From the NCBI GenBank assembly GCA_041750855.1, contig JBGSYT010000172.1:6802-70801 (forward strand): a DNA stretch of 64,000 bases. The letters run 5' to 3'. Below the pieces are notes generated by a model. The model searched no databases. It was given only the letters and a program-made list of their open reading frames with translations, and was not told the DNA's origin. This document shows positions 53,064-63,541 of the stretch, piece after piece; positions within the stretch are counted from its first letter, which is position 1; each line of letters starts with the position of its first letter. Made by a program: the position numbers and the translations under genes. This DNA is from Pyrinomonadaceae bacterium (GTDB lineage Bacteria > Acidobacteriota > Blastocatellia > Pyrinomonadales > Pyrinomonadaceae).

Positions 53064-53534
53064 TGCGCGCTTTCTTTCACGGAGATCGCCTGAGTTCGGA
53101 TAAGTCCCATTTTGTTTGTCGATGTGATTCGATAGGTGATCCTTGGCAGTTTACGAGTTCCATTGTTTGGGTCTGTTGTTCCACTATTGTTGCACTAGCA
53201 GCCGAACTTTATATTCCCGCTATTTGCACGACCGAAACGACGAAAGGGTCCAGCTTCCTCAATGCTGCGTTGAGCACCTGTACCCTCCCGCTTCGTGCCC
53301 AGCGATGTCCAAAATTACTGGGAGTTGCTGGCGAGCTTGGATTGCAGTGAAATACAGTCTGAGATTTATGATCACCCGTTTCATCGATGACGATCTCGCT
53401 CTCCATTCAGGGGTAGGCCGCCGGGATTCAATTCACTCTGTAACCACCATTTTTTTTCGGTCCTGTAGCAATTCTCTTAATTCAGGCACGTCTGGCTCAC
53501 GCATCAGCCTTCTTGGCTTGGGCCACCGCTCATG

Positions 53535-54593
53535 TCATGCCTTTCCAACTACGGTTTTCGGGTCTCGATACCAACGAGCGCCCGAAGTAAGTTCTTCTTC
53601 TGACTCTCTCAGATGTTCGAGTGCTCGCGCCGATTGGCTATGGGCACAGGCAACGAGCAGAGCGTTGATTGCAGCCGTTGGGGCGGCGTAAGAATCGATA
53701 AACGAGGTGCGGGCAATAGAGGCCTTAATGTAGGTGTCGCAGTATCGGGCAATTGGCGTGGCGTCGCCATCAGTGAGGCCAATACTTGGAACGTGTCGCC
53801 GACTGGCGGTAAGCACAGCATCGATCGTGTCACGTAAACCGCGCCCAAAGCTTATGGCTATTAGCAAGTCATTAGGCGTCATTACCTTTATTTTGTTTTG
53901 CACGACACCGCTGCTGCCAACGGGGGCTTCGGCGTCAAATCCCAACCGGACAAGAGCGTACGCCAGTGACCCGGCCAACGAAGCAGCGAAATCGATACCT
54001 ATTACGATTATTCGCCGTGCGTGATTGATCTGCTTGGCGATCTCAACGATGCGGTTTGCATCAAGGCTGGACCGCAACACATTTAAGTTTTCGAGATCCT
54101 GATCGACGCTTTGCAGCACGCGGTCGGAAACGCTTCGGCTCGTTTGTACGGCAGCCTTCATCGCAGAGTAAGGTGTTATCTGCGTAACGAAATGCTCGCG
54201 AAGGTCCTGTGCAAAGTCCGCGAATCTTTCGTAACCGAGGGCCTGAACCGTCCGGATGATTGTCGCAGAGTCCACATCATAACGCCGGCCCATTTCCCTT
54301 GATGAAAGAAAGAACGTTTCATTTGATTCATCGAGGATCTGCCGAAGTAGTTGCTGTCGGCCGGGACTCAATTCCGCCATACTGTCCGAGAACCGGGCTC
54401 CCAACGGGGAGGGTATTACTGAACCAAGATCGCCGCGGAGGCCATCCGTCGCGTTCCTGAGTCTCCCAATAGCCCCGAATGCATCGTTGTCGCCGTTCTT
54501 CTGCGGCCCAGGCACTTTTGCTTGCTTTGTTTTTTTGTTTTCCGCTTCGTTTCTCATATTAACTATCGGAAATCCTTTGTTCCCAGTTTGCAC
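53535..54593 (-). CDS. RpiR/MurR-family transcriptional regulator (HTH_6 + SIS domain)
   Basis: The HTH is LSSREMGRRYDVDSATIIRTVQALGYERFADF. The SIS domain is RRIIVIGIDFAASLAGSLAY. The N-terminal ~70 aa may be non-coding, with an alternative start at 54380 (MAELSPGRQ). Confidence 0.8.
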   Translation of the reverse strand: MQTGNKGFPIVNMRNEAENKKTKQAKVPGPQKNGDNDAFGAIGRLRNATDGLRGDLGSVIPSPLGARFSDSMAELSPGRQQLLRQILDESNETFFLSSREMGRRYDVDSATIIRTVQALGYERFADFAQDLREHFVTQITPYSAMKAAVQTSRSVSDRVLQSVDQDLENLNVLRSSLDANRIVEIAKQINHARRIIVIGIDFAASLAGSLAYALVRLGFDAEAPVGSSGVVQNKIKVMTPNDLLIAISFGRGLRDTIDAVLTASRRHVPSIGLTDGDATPIARYCDTYIKASIARTSFIDSYAAPTAAINALLVACAHSQSARALEHLRESEEELTSGARWYRDPKTVVGKA

Positions 54594-55095
54594 ATTCGTG
54601 CACCAAATACCCTTGTAAGCTTGCAGAAATTACAAAATCGAATATAGAACTGGCCATTGATAAAGAATGTATCTTAGAGTAATCGAGTAGGCAACGCAAC
54701 AAGTGATGCACAAGCCGATTCCCCACCATTAAATTTTGATCGTTGAAACCTAATAGGTACCAGACCATCTCGTCGTCGGCCCTACTTTATTTTGCGGCCT
54801 ATTTACCATATTCGCACCGATTTGACAGGGTTCGCTATCCGAGTTTATGTCTTTTGTGCAATACCTGATGCTTCTCGTTGACAACGTGCAACAGTTGGTG
54901 TAGATATATGTTGCAATCTACGATCACGTCTGAAAATGTAAATTGATTCGATGAGACGATTCGACTCTCGAACCCTTCGACGTAGGCATATTCCCCATTG
55001 ACAGGAGATAAATCATGAAATCGTACCCGACCGTTCCGAATCTATCGCTCAAATCGGAGAACTGCGGCCGAAACCACGCGTCGCTATCTGCATCA

Positions 55096-58000
55096 ATGAA
55101 ATCCCTAGCATATTCTCTTTTCGTGTTTTTGATCCTTACGGTTCACGCAATGGGCCAGACCACCACTTCGACGATCGAGGGAACCGTTGTCGATATAAAT
55201 GGTGCGGTAATCCCTGGCGCCGAGGTAAAGGCTGTTTCCAAGGCATTTGGGACCGAAAGAACGATCGTTACGGGTAGCGACGGTAAATTTCGGATTGTTT
55301 CCCTTCAGGCAGGGACTTATATGCTGACCTTTACGAAGACAGGTTTTGCACCGCGAGCTTCGGAGATCGAATTGGCCCTTAACAAAACGGTTACCTTTGA
55401 TGTTCAGTTGGCAGTAGGAACTGTGGGCGGCGACATCGTCACTGTTTCCAGCGACATTCCTTTACTCAGCACAGATTCTCCGGCTACCGGTACAACCGTG
55501 ACACCGAGACAGATTCAAGAACTTCCGGTTAACGGCCGCAACTATCTGGACCTTTTGCAGTTGGTTCCGGGCACTGCAATAAACCGACAGGCTGATCCCG
55601 AAGGTGACGCCGCGAACCCTGTTCTGGGCGAGAGAAGCGGGAATAACAATTTCTTCATTGACGGCCATCCGAATAAAGATACTGTCAACGGGGGTGCAGC
55701 AGCCCCGTTCAATCAGGAAACCATCTCGGAGTTCCAAGTTGTGACAGCCGGGTACAAAGCAGAATTTGGCCAAGCCTCCGGGGCGATCGTGAATGTTATC
55801 ACTAAGAGCGGAGGAAACAGGTTTCACGGCGTGGGTTCGTTCTTCGTGCGAAGTGATGCACTCGATTCATCCAATTCACTTGACCCTGCAAAGACGGAAG
55901 CTCCTTATTTGCGGCGTTACGATTACAGCGTCGCCGGTGGCGGACCTATCATCAAGGACAGGTTCTTCTTTTTTGGATCAGCCGAAAGGATAATGGAAGA
56001 TCGTCAAATCGATTTCAATTACCCACCGCTGGGCAACGACACGTTGAACCAATTAATTCGTGGTATCGAGTCCGAGTACGATACGCCTTCTGAATTCCGC
56101 GAAACGAGGTTCTTCTTAAAATTGAATCAAGAACTTGGTAGGCATTCGTTAAGTCAACAATTCAACTATACGAACGGGAGTATATACAACTATGCTCCAT
56201 TGTCCGCGGGAAACAGCCTGCCGTCTACGCGTACAGATAGAGGCTCAAGGAACCTGATGCTGGGCTTTGCTGACACGATGCTGCTCGGGGACCCAACGGA
56301 TCCATGGATCTTGACTTTACGCGGAGGATATCGGGGCGAACCGTCTGATATTCGGCCGGCACACCCCGAGACCGGAGGCGGAACGGTACTTGTGCCGTAT
56401 CCTGTTCCTGTCACCAGTCCATTTCAAATACCCGGTCCGTTGGGTACTGCCAGTTTTGGTAACAATCAGACCACATCGATGCTAGATCAGAAGTACACAT
56501 CTCTGTCAGCGATAGCGAACAAACGATTTGGTGACCATGACGTTAAATTCGGATGGAGTTACATGCACACCAAGGTCGACGGAATTGATTCAAGAACGCT
56601 GGCCAATCAACTCTACGCGACGATTCCCGATATTCTCGCATTCGCTCCTGCGGAAGCCGGAATAAGGCTTCTTCTCGACACAGGCGGCGTTACACCGGCC
56701 GATGACGAGATCCATTTGCTAAATCATTACAACGGTTTGTTTGTGCAGAACGATTGGAGGATTCGACCCAATCTAACGCTTAGTCTCGGGGTTCGATGGG
56801 AGATGGATTCGGAGTTTGAAGCGAGAAAGAACTTTGCTCCGCGACTGGGCGCTACCTGGGGAGTTACGCCCAAGACCGTGATCCGAGGGCAGTTTGGTAT
56901 ATTTTACGATCAGTTTCGATTAGGGATAGCTCGAAACGTGCCTCAACTCGGGGGAGCGAATCAAGTTGCGAGCCAAGATCTTATTTTTCCACGCGGCTTG
57001 TACGGTTCACCGAATTTTATTTCGAGTGTTGCTCTTCTACTGTTAGGAAGTGGCCCCTGTTTCGCGAATTCCTGGAATAACAACCTCACTGATGCCCAAA
57101 TTACGGCGCAAGGGCTAACTTGCACATTGGCTCCCTCATTACCCATGATCGGAGTTGATCGGCTTAATAATGTGGTCGCTGCAGGCCGTAGTCCGATACC
57201 TGCGAACGCGGTCATCACAGTCAACACTATTCAATCGTTGTCCGGACTAACGCCTGATCAGTATTTAGCCGGGATAAATACTGCGATCGGCCGCCCTGGG
57301 TTCTTCGTATTCGGACCGACCGGGTATCTGACCAACCACATCATTCCGGGATTCGGGGCACCCGATATTCTGGAAAATATGGACCAGACGCCGAATACGA
57401 TGGGATTTACGATCGGCGTCCAACATGAATTTGCCAAGGACCTGGTATTTGAGGCTGACTACCACTACAAGGACATTCGCAATTTGCTTGGCCTTCGAAT
57501 TACGAACCTTGCTTTCCGTTCAAGAGTCACCGGTCGCTCGTTTGACCCTCCGGGCGCGCAACAGATCATCGGTTTCGGACCGTACTATGAAGGAAGGTAT
57601 GACGGTCTCGTGTTGGCAGTGAATAAGCGCTTCAGCAATCGGTATCAGTTTGGCGCAAGTTACGCCTATTCGAGTGCAAAAGACAATAACCGCGGCATCA
57701 ACGCCACACCGTCAGATCACTTTATCGGCATCGTTCCCGTGGTAACACAGGGTGCAAATAGCAACGCTACAGCTCCGTTCACGGCAACAAACGGAAATTA
57801 CGTGGCTCAGGCTGGAACTTTTTGGAACGGTCCCGATGTTGACAAAGGGAATTCGGCTCTGGCCCTCGCTCATGTGTTTCAGTTAAACGGCCTGGTGTCG
57901 CTTCCGTGGCAGTTCCAGATCAGCGGTATATTCCGTGCTCAAAGCGGATTTTATTACAGCAAAGGATGGGGCGGACCCGGATTGATAGATCCCGATGGTG

Positions 58001-58272
58001 ACGGCAACACAAACGGGATCGACGTTCGGAATGCCAAGCGAAACCAGTTTTCTGGACCGGCGTTCGTCAACCTTGATATGCGTTTTTCAAAACGGTTTGA
58101 CGTGACGGAGAACGTGAAGATAGACCTCTTCTTCGAATTCTTCAATATGTTCAACAGACAGAATGCCGCAGCAATTGATCAGAATCCAAACTCAACTACT
58201 TTTGGATTTGGAAACATTTCCCAGGTATTGCCGGGGCGCGAAGGCCAGTTCGGAATGCGGGTCTCATTCTGA
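55096..58272 (+). CDS. TonB-dependent outer-membrane receptor with an N-terminal carboxypeptidase-regulatory-like domain
   Basis: The signal peptide is MKSLAYSLFVFLILTVHAMGQ from the ATG at 55096. The CarbopepD_reg-like segment is IEGTVVDINGAVIPGAEVKAV ... GKFRIVSLQAGTY. It has a plug-like region and a long beta-barrel ending in Phe (GMRVSF). The ORF track start is 55015. Confidence 0.85.
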   Translation: MKSLAYSLFVFLILTVHAMGQTTTSTIEGTVVDINGAVIPGAEVKAVSKAFGTERTIVTGSDGKFRIVSLQAGTYMLTFTKTGFAPRASEIELALNKTVTFDVQLAVGTVGGDIVTVSSDIPLLSTDSPATGTTVTPRQIQELPVNGRNYLDLLQLVPGTAINRQADPEGDAANPVLGERSGNNNFFIDGHPNKDTVNGGAAAPFNQETISEFQVVTAGYKAEFGQASGAIVNVITKSGGNRFHGVGSFFVRSDALDSSNSLDPAKTEAPYLRRYDYSVAGGGPIIKDRFFFFGSAERIMEDRQIDFNYPPLGNDTLNQLIRGIESEYDTPSEFRETRFFLKLNQELGRHSLSQQFNYTNGSIYNYAPLSAGNSLPSTRTDRGSRNLMLGFADTMLLGDPTDPWILTLRGGYRGEPSDIRPAHPETGGGTVLVPYPVPVTSPFQIPGPLGTASFGNNQTTSMLDQKYTSLSAIANKRFGDHDVKFGWSYMHTKVDGIDSRTLANQLYATIPDILAFAPAEAGIRLLLDTGGVTPADDEIHLLNHYNGLFVQNDWRIRPNLTLSLGVRWEMDSEFEARKNFAPRLGATWGVTPKTVIRGQFGIFYDQFRLGIARNVPQLGGANQVASQDLIFPRGLYGSPNFISSVALLLLGSGPCFANSWNNNLTDAQITAQGLTCTLAPSLPMIGVDRLNNVVAAGRSPIPANAVITVNTIQSLSGLTPDQYLAGINTAIGRPGFFVFGPTGYLTNHIIPGFGAPDILENMDQTPNTMGFTIGVQHEFAKDLVFEADYHYKDIRNLLGLRITNLAFRSRVTGRSFDPPGAQQIIGFGPYYEGRYDGLVLAVNKRFSNRYQFGASYAYSSAKDNNRGINATPSDHFIGIVPVVTQGANSNATAPFTATNGNYVAQAGTFWNGPDVDKGNSALALAHVFQLNGLVSLPWQFQISGIFRAQSGFYYSKGWGGPGLIDPDGDGNTNGIDVRNAKRNQFSGPAFVNLDMRFSKRFDVTENVKIDLFFEFFNMFNRQNAAAIDQNPNSTTFGFGNISQVLPGREGQFGMRVSF

Positions 58273-58299
58273 GAGCGTCAGTTGTGATCAGCAACTAAT

Positions 58300-58326
58300 G
58301 AGAGCCTGGGCGATGTCCAGGCTCTC
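58300..58326 (+). terminator. Stem-loop downstream of the receptor gene (10-bp perfect stem, 7-nt loop, no U-tract)
   Basis: The sequence is gagagcctgg-gcgatgt-ccaggctctc, read directly. The lack of a T-run makes intrinsic-terminator function uncertain. Confidence 0.35.
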
Positions 58327-58349
58327 GACTTAAAGCCTCCTCAAACTCT

Positions 58350-61300
58350 ATGATGCTAAGAAATTTGTTGCTTACATTGGTTATCTCCCTCACGATTCCT
58401 GGATTTGCAGTGGCACAAGGCACGCGACTTTTGCGCCATCCGACAGTGAGCCGCGACTTGGTGGCGTTTGCCTATGCCGGCGACCTTTGGGCCGTTTCTA
58501 GAAGTGGAGGTCAGGCAAGGCGGTTAACCTCAACTCAAGGAGTCGAGAGCGATCCGTTCTTTTCTCCTGACGGAACACAGATCGCCTTCACGTCAACGGT
58601 TGCAGGCAACACGGACGTATATGTGATGCCAACCTCGGGCGGCGATCCCAGGCGTCTGACGTATCACCCGGGTGCGGATCGAGTTCGCGGCTGGACACCG
58701 GATGGCCGTCGGGTTCTTTTCGCATCGACCCGGACGAGCGCTCCGCTTGAGGCGTACAATCGACTTTGGACGATTGGACTGGAAAGCGGACTGGCCGAAC
58801 CCCTTCCTTTGCCTCGTTCCTTTACAGGTTCTTATTCGCCGGACGGTCGCCGAATTGCTTACGAGGAGATCTCGACATTCTTCGTGCCAGGTTGGGAAAA
58901 TGCCAGCCAGTGGCGGCATTACCGCGGCGGCAGGACCCATCCTATAATAATAGCGAACCTGGCTGACAGCACGATAGAGAAGCTCCCCTGGACCAACAGT
59001 AACGATTCTTACCCAATGTGGGTAGGCAATACCATCTACTTCCTTTCTGACCGTAATCATACTGCAAACCTTTTCTCGTACAAGATCGATACCCGGCAGC
59101 TCACTCAGGTCAGCCGGCACGACGATTTCGATATTATGAACGCATCTGCGGGTGCGGACGCTGTAGTGTATGAACAGGCCGGATATATACATTTGGTTGA
59201 CACTAAAACCGGCCAGTCCAGGAAACTCAATGTTGAGGTAAGCGGCGACCTGCCGTGGGCGAGACCCCAATTCAAGAAAGTAAGCGGTATGATCCGGAAC
59301 GCCCGGCTTTCACCAGGCGGACTGCGGGCTGCCTTTGAGGCCCGCGGGGAAATTTTTACAATACCCGCGGTCAAGGGTGACTATCGAAATCTAACGCAAA
59401 GCTCCGGCGCTCATGACCGGGACCCGGCATGGTCACCGGACGGATCGCAGCTGGCGTGGCTTTCGGACGCGACTGGTGAATACCAGTTGATGCTGGGAGA
59501 TCCCTCCGGCATTGTTGCTCCGAGAGCCATAAAATTACCCTCCACCGCATTTTTCTCTAATCCTACCTGGTCGCCCGACGGGTCCCGGATCCTCATCCAG
59601 GATAATCACCGCAACCTCTGGCTAATCGAGGCGGCCAGCGGAACATCTGCAAAGGTTGACACCGATGAATATCCCGACCCGGCTCGAGATTTTCAGGCCG
59701 GTTGGTCGCCGGATTCGCAATGGATCACGTATTCAAAAAACCTTCCCAGCAGGCTGCGGGCGATCTTTATTTATTCCTTGGCGGATAAAAAGGCCCATCA
59801 GGTAACGGACGGCCTCGCGGACTCGATTTCGCCGACCTTCGATACCGGAGGTAAATACCTTTATTTCCTTTCGAGTACAGATTTTGGCCCAAGTACCGGG
59901 TGGCTGGAGATGAGTTCGCTCGATCGTCCCGTACGAAGGGCGATTTATCTGGCGATCCTGAATGCGGCCGAGCCCTCGCCGCTATTGCCTGAGTCGGATG
60001 ACGAGCCGCAGCCGACTCCGCGACCTGAAGCTCGCGAAACGCCGCAGCCTCAGGCGAGTCCGGCTGCCACACCAGGATCGAAATCCCTCCGAATAGACTT
60101 TGCCGGCATCGGCCAGCGGATAATTTCCGTGAACGCTCCAGCCGGGAATTATCGCAACCTTTCGGCCGGGCCGGCCGAGACATTCTTCTACATCGAAACG
60201 ATCGCGGGCAGCCCTGCACCACGCCTGCAGCGATACCAGTTCAAAGATCGTGCAGCGGCACCTTTCATGGAGGGAGTGGTCAATTACAGCATCTCAGCTG
60301 ACAAGAAGAAACTCCTCTACCAGGCCGGAGGAGGCCGCTGGGGGATCGTCGGCACGGCGGCTCCAGCCAAGGTTGGAGACGGCCCGCTGAACGTCGCCCA
60401 ACTGCAGATGCAGCTCGATCCGAGGGCTGAATGGGCAAATATCTATCGCGAAACGTGGCGTATCCAACGCGAGTATTTTTACGATCCCCAGATGCACGGG
60501 GCCGATTGGAACGCGATCTATGAAAAATATCGACCCCTTCTTGCCGCTGTGGGCCACCGTGATGACTTGGGTTATGTGATCGCTATGATGGGTGGGGAGT
60601 TGGCGGTGGGGCATTCGTACTTGATCGGCACCGGCGGCGTTCCTGCCGAGGACCCGGTGTCCGTCGGCCTCTTAGGTGCAGACATCGCGGTTGAGAACGG
60701 CCGTTATCGGATCAGCAGGATCTACAGCGGAGAGAACTGGAATCCTGAATTAAGGGCTCCGTTAAGCGCCCCCGGTATCAACGTATCGGAAGGCGATTAT
60801 ATTCTTGAAGTGAATGGCCGGCCGCTCCTGCCCGCAGTAAATATCTATAGCATGTTCGAAGGAACAGCAGGACGGCAGACGGTCATTCGCGTGAACCGTA
60901 CGCCGTCGGCAACAGGATCCCGTCTCGTCACCGTTGTGCCGATCGCCAGCGAGAACGGGCTGAGGACACGAGCCTGGGTCGAAGGGAACCGACGGCTGGT
61001 AGATAAGCTATCCGGCGGACGGCTCGCGTATGTCTGGCTGCCAAACACGGGAGGCCCGGGCTATACATCATTTACACGTTATTTCTATTCCCAGCAAGAG
61101 AAGGAAGGAGCCGTCATAGACGAACGCTACAACCAGGGCGGTATGGTTGCCGATTACATAGTAAACGAACTTGATCGGAAGCCGATGGGCTTCTTCGCCA
61201 TGCGCGAGGGTAAGCCCTTTACTTCTCCGATAGCAGGAATTTTCGGCCCGAAGGTAATGATCATTAACGAGTCCGCGGGCTCCGGCGGGGATGCACTGCC

Positions 61301-61634
61301 GTATTATTTCCGTCTTCGAAAGATCGGGCCGCTCATTGGAACACGAACGTGGGGTGCTCTGGTCGGCACACTCGGTGTCCCGCCGACCATTGATGGCGGA
61401 GGCATCACGGCACCGACCCTGGCGTTCTACAATCTGGACGGGAAGTGGGATGTAGAGAATATCGGTGTAGCACCTGATATCTACGTCGAAAATACTCCCG
61501 CCGACGTTAATAAAGGCCGTGATCCCCAACTCGAACGCGCCGTAGCGGAAGCACTAAAATTGGTCGAACAGAACCCCGCTCGACGTTTGCCGCGTCCCGC
61601 ACCCATCGATCGGGTGACAAAACCGGGAAATTGA
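58350..61634 (+). CDS. Tricorn-protease-like S41 peptidase (beta-propellers + PDZ + S41 domain)
   Basis: It has a signal peptide. The N-terminus LLRHPTVSRDLVAFAYAGDLWAV is typical of tricorn homologs. It has repeated SPDG propeller motifs and the C-terminal INESAGSGGDALPYYF serine-peptidase block. Confidence 0.85.
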   Translation: MMLRNLLLTLVISLTIPGFAVAQGTRLLRHPTVSRDLVAFAYAGDLWAVSRSGGQARRLTSTQGVESDPFFSPDGTQIAFTSTVAGNTDVYVMPTSGGDPRRLTYHPGADRVRGWTPDGRRVLFASTRTSAPLEAYNRLWTIGLESGLAEPLPLPRSFTGSYSPDGRRIAYEEISTFFVPGWENASQWRHYRGGRTHPIIIANLADSTIEKLPWTNSNDSYPMWVGNTIYFLSDRNHTANLFSYKIDTRQLTQVSRHDDFDIMNASAGADAVVYEQAGYIHLVDTKTGQSRKLNVEVSGDLPWARPQFKKVSGMIRNARLSPGGLRAAFEARGEIFTIPAVKGDYRNLTQSSGAHDRDPAWSPDGSQLAWLSDATGEYQLMLGDPSGIVAPRAIKLPSTAFFSNPTWSPDGSRILIQDNHRNLWLIEAASGTSAKVDTDEYPDPARDFQAGWSPDSQWITYSKNLPSRLRAIFIYSLADKKAHQVTDGLADSISPTFDTGGKYLYFLSSTDFGPSTGWLEMSSLDRPVRRAIYLAILNAAEPSPLLPESDDEPQPTPRPEARETPQPQASPAATPGSKSLRIDFAGIGQRIISVNAPAGNYRNLSAGPAETFFYIETIAGSPAPRLQRYQFKDRAAAPFMEGVVNYSISADKKKLLYQAGGGRWGIVGTAAPAKVGDGPLNVAQLQMQLDPRAEWANIYRETWRIQREYFYDPQMHGADWNAIYEKYRPLLAAVGHRDDLGYVIAMMGGELAVGHSYLIGTGGVPAEDPVSVGLLGADIAVENGRYRISRIYSGENWNPELRAPLSAPGINVSEGDYILEVNGRPLLPAVNIYSMFEGTAGRQTVIRVNRTPSATGSRLVTVVPIASENGLRTRAWVEGNRRLVDKLSGGRLAYVWLPNTGGPGYTSFTRYFYSQQEKEGAVIDERYNQGGMVADYIVNELDRKPMGFFAMREGKPFTSPIAGIFGPKVMIINESAGSGGDALPYYFRLRKIGPLIGTRTWGALVGTLGVPPTIDGGGITAPTLAFYNLDGKWDVENIGVAPDIYVENTPADVNKGRDPQLERAVAEALKLVEQNPARRLPRPAPIDRVTKPGN

Positions 61635-61667
61635 GCTTCCATCAAAAGGTCGCGTTGAAGTGAATTA

Positions 61668-63515
61668 ATGAAAAGATCAAACCACGTTCTTTATTTCCTG
61701 GTCGCCCTAATCTCCTTCGTATGGGTAACGCCTGTCGAAGCGCAGCATCAGAGTTCCTCGTTTACCCGGACGGACGTAATGGTCGCCATGCGCGATGGAG
61801 TGCGGCTTCATACCCAAATTTACGCACCGGCCAACGCAAACGAGAAACTTCCGATCCTCGTGCTGAGAACGCCGTACGGGATCGGTGACGCGAGCCCTGC
61901 GCAGCTTGCGGCGGCGGTACCCGAATTGTTCGCGGACGGTTACGTTATGGTCCGTCAGGACATCCGTGGGCGGTTCAAGTCTGAGGGACAGTTTGTAATG
62001 CTTCGGCAGCCGCGCGATCCGGAGGACAAAAAGGCGATCGACGAAAGCACCGACACCTATGACACCATCGAATGGCTGCTGAAGAACACGCAAAGTAACG
62101 GCAGGGTGGGGCTTGCGGGCACAAGCTACGGTGCGTGGCTGTCGGTTATGGGGATGCTGGATCCGCACCCGGCCTTGGGAGCGGTCGTCCAGCAAGCGTC
62201 GCCCGCGGACATGTGGATCGGCGACGACTTTCATCACAACGGGGCTTTCAGGTTGAGCTACGGCTTGGAATACACCTACATGATGGAATCGTCAAAGGAG
62301 ATTTCTGATGTTTATAAGATCGTCGATCGATACGATGCCTACGAGTGGTATCTGAATCTCGGCGCCCTTTCGAATGTCGACGCAAAATATTTCAATAAGA
62401 AACTTCCCACATGGAACGATTTTGTAAATCATCCTGATTACGATGATTTCTGGAAGCGCCAGAGCTTCGAGCCGTGGCTGAACCGCGTGACCGTGCCAAC
62501 ATTAAACGTCGCCGGATGGTGGGACCAGGAAGATTTCTACGGCCCGATCAAGATCTATGAATTGCTGGAGAGGCACGATCGCTCAAATCAGAATTTCCTC
62601 GTGGTCGGCCCCTGGAATCATGGCGGCTGGTCCAGAGGCGAAGGCCGAAAGCTCGGACGAATCGATTTCGGCAGCCCGACGGCGCAGTACTACCGGGACA
62701 AAGTACTTGTACGATTTTTTGGGCAGCACCTTAAAGGAAAAGCGAACGCCGACCTACCCGAGGCTCTGACGTTCCGGACCGGGGCGAACGAGTGGGTGAG
62801 GCACGACGAGTGGCCTCCCAAAAAGGATGTCGCCGTGCGGCAGTTGTATTTCCATGCTGACGGAAAGCTTTCGTTCAAGGCACCGGCGGCTAACCCCGAA
62901 TCGGCTTTTGACAGTTACATATCGGATCCGGCAAAGCCGGTGCCGTACCGCCCGCGCCCGATCACTCTCAGAGTAGGCTGGGGAACCTGGCTGGTCGAAG
63001 ACCAGCGTTTTGTCGATCACCGTCCGGACGTGCTGACCTTCGTGACGGAACCGCTCGATGAGGACGTGACAGTTTCAGGGAAGATCTTCGCAAATCTCTT
63101 TGCATCGACGACCGGTACCGACAGCGATTGGGTGGTGAAATTGATCAACGTCTTTCCCGAAAGATATGAGCCCGATCCCACGATGAGCGGCTACCAGCTT
63201 ATGATCGCGAGTGACGTATTTCGAGGACGCTACCACAAGAGCTTTGAGAAGCCGGAGCCGATAACGGCAAACTCCGTCGTTAAATACCAGATCGGTTATC
63301 CGGCGAACGACCACACATTCAAGAAAGGACACCGGATAATGGTTCAGGTCCAGAGCACTTGGTTCCCGATCATCGACAGAAATCCTCAACGATTTGTACC
63401 AAATATTTTTCATGCGAAAGATTCTGATTTCCAATCGGCGACTCAGCGTATTTACCGTTCGGGCAATTACGCGTCGCATATTGATCTGCCCGTCCGCAAA
63501 GAAGCGACGCGATGA
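61668..63515 (+). CDS. CocE/NonD-family hydrolase (S15 X-Pro dipeptidyl-peptidase-like)
   Basis: It has a signal peptide, an alpha/beta hydrolase nucleophile elbow (GTSYGAW), and a C-terminal jelly-roll typical of the family (HRIMVQVQSTWFP). Confidence 0.85.
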   Translation: MKRSNHVLYFLVALISFVWVTPVEAQHQSSSFTRTDVMVAMRDGVRLHTQIYAPANANEKLPILVLRTPYGIGDASPAQLAAAVPELFADGYVMVRQDIRGRFKSEGQFVMLRQPRDPEDKKAIDESTDTYDTIEWLLKNTQSNGRVGLAGTSYGAWLSVMGMLDPHPALGAVVQQASPADMWIGDDFHHNGAFRLSYGLEYTYMMESSKEISDVYKIVDRYDAYEWYLNLGALSNVDAKYFNKKLPTWNDFVNHPDYDDFWKRQSFEPWLNRVTVPTLNVAGWWDQEDFYGPIKIYELLERHDRSNQNFLVVGPWNHGGWSRGEGRKLGRIDFGSPTAQYYRDKVLVRFFGQHLKGKANADLPEALTFRTGANEWVRHDEWPPKKDVAVRQLYFHADGKLSFKAPAANPESAFDSYISDPAKPVPYRPRPITLRVGWGTWLVEDQRFVDHRPDVLTFVTEPLDEDVTVSGKIFANLFASTTGTDSDWVVKLINVFPERYEPDPTMSGYQLMIASDVFRGRYHKSFEKPEPITANSVVKYQIGYPANDHTFKKGHRIMVQVQSTWFPIIDRNPQRFVPNIFHAKDSDFQSATQRIYRSGNYASHIDLPVRKEATR

Positions 63516-63541
63516 ATGGCCTGCGGGACCGGCGTAATTTT

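Noticed and set aside
53017-53090. A possible complete 74-nt tRNA on the minus strand
   Set aside because: There is no 5' acceptor strand complementary to CATGTGT and no D-arm. The anticodon stem pairs for only 2 bp. Only the 3' 47 nt are tRNA-like, so I report it as a fragment.
53030-53691. 106-aa and 182-aa plus-strand ORFs in the gap upstream of, and overlapping, the RpiR gene
   Set aside because: They are Cys/Ser/Arg-rich with odd composition, have no motifs, overlap each other and run antisense into the RpiR coding region.
54854-54916. TGCAA-containing motifs (TGCAAT at 54857, TGCAAC at 54887, and the inverted GTTGCA at 54910) in the RpiR/receptor divergent region, considered as an operator
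   Set aside because: The arms are only 6 bp with a 17-nt spacer in AT-rich DNA, which is easily a chance occurrence. I cannot support it without comparative or binding data.
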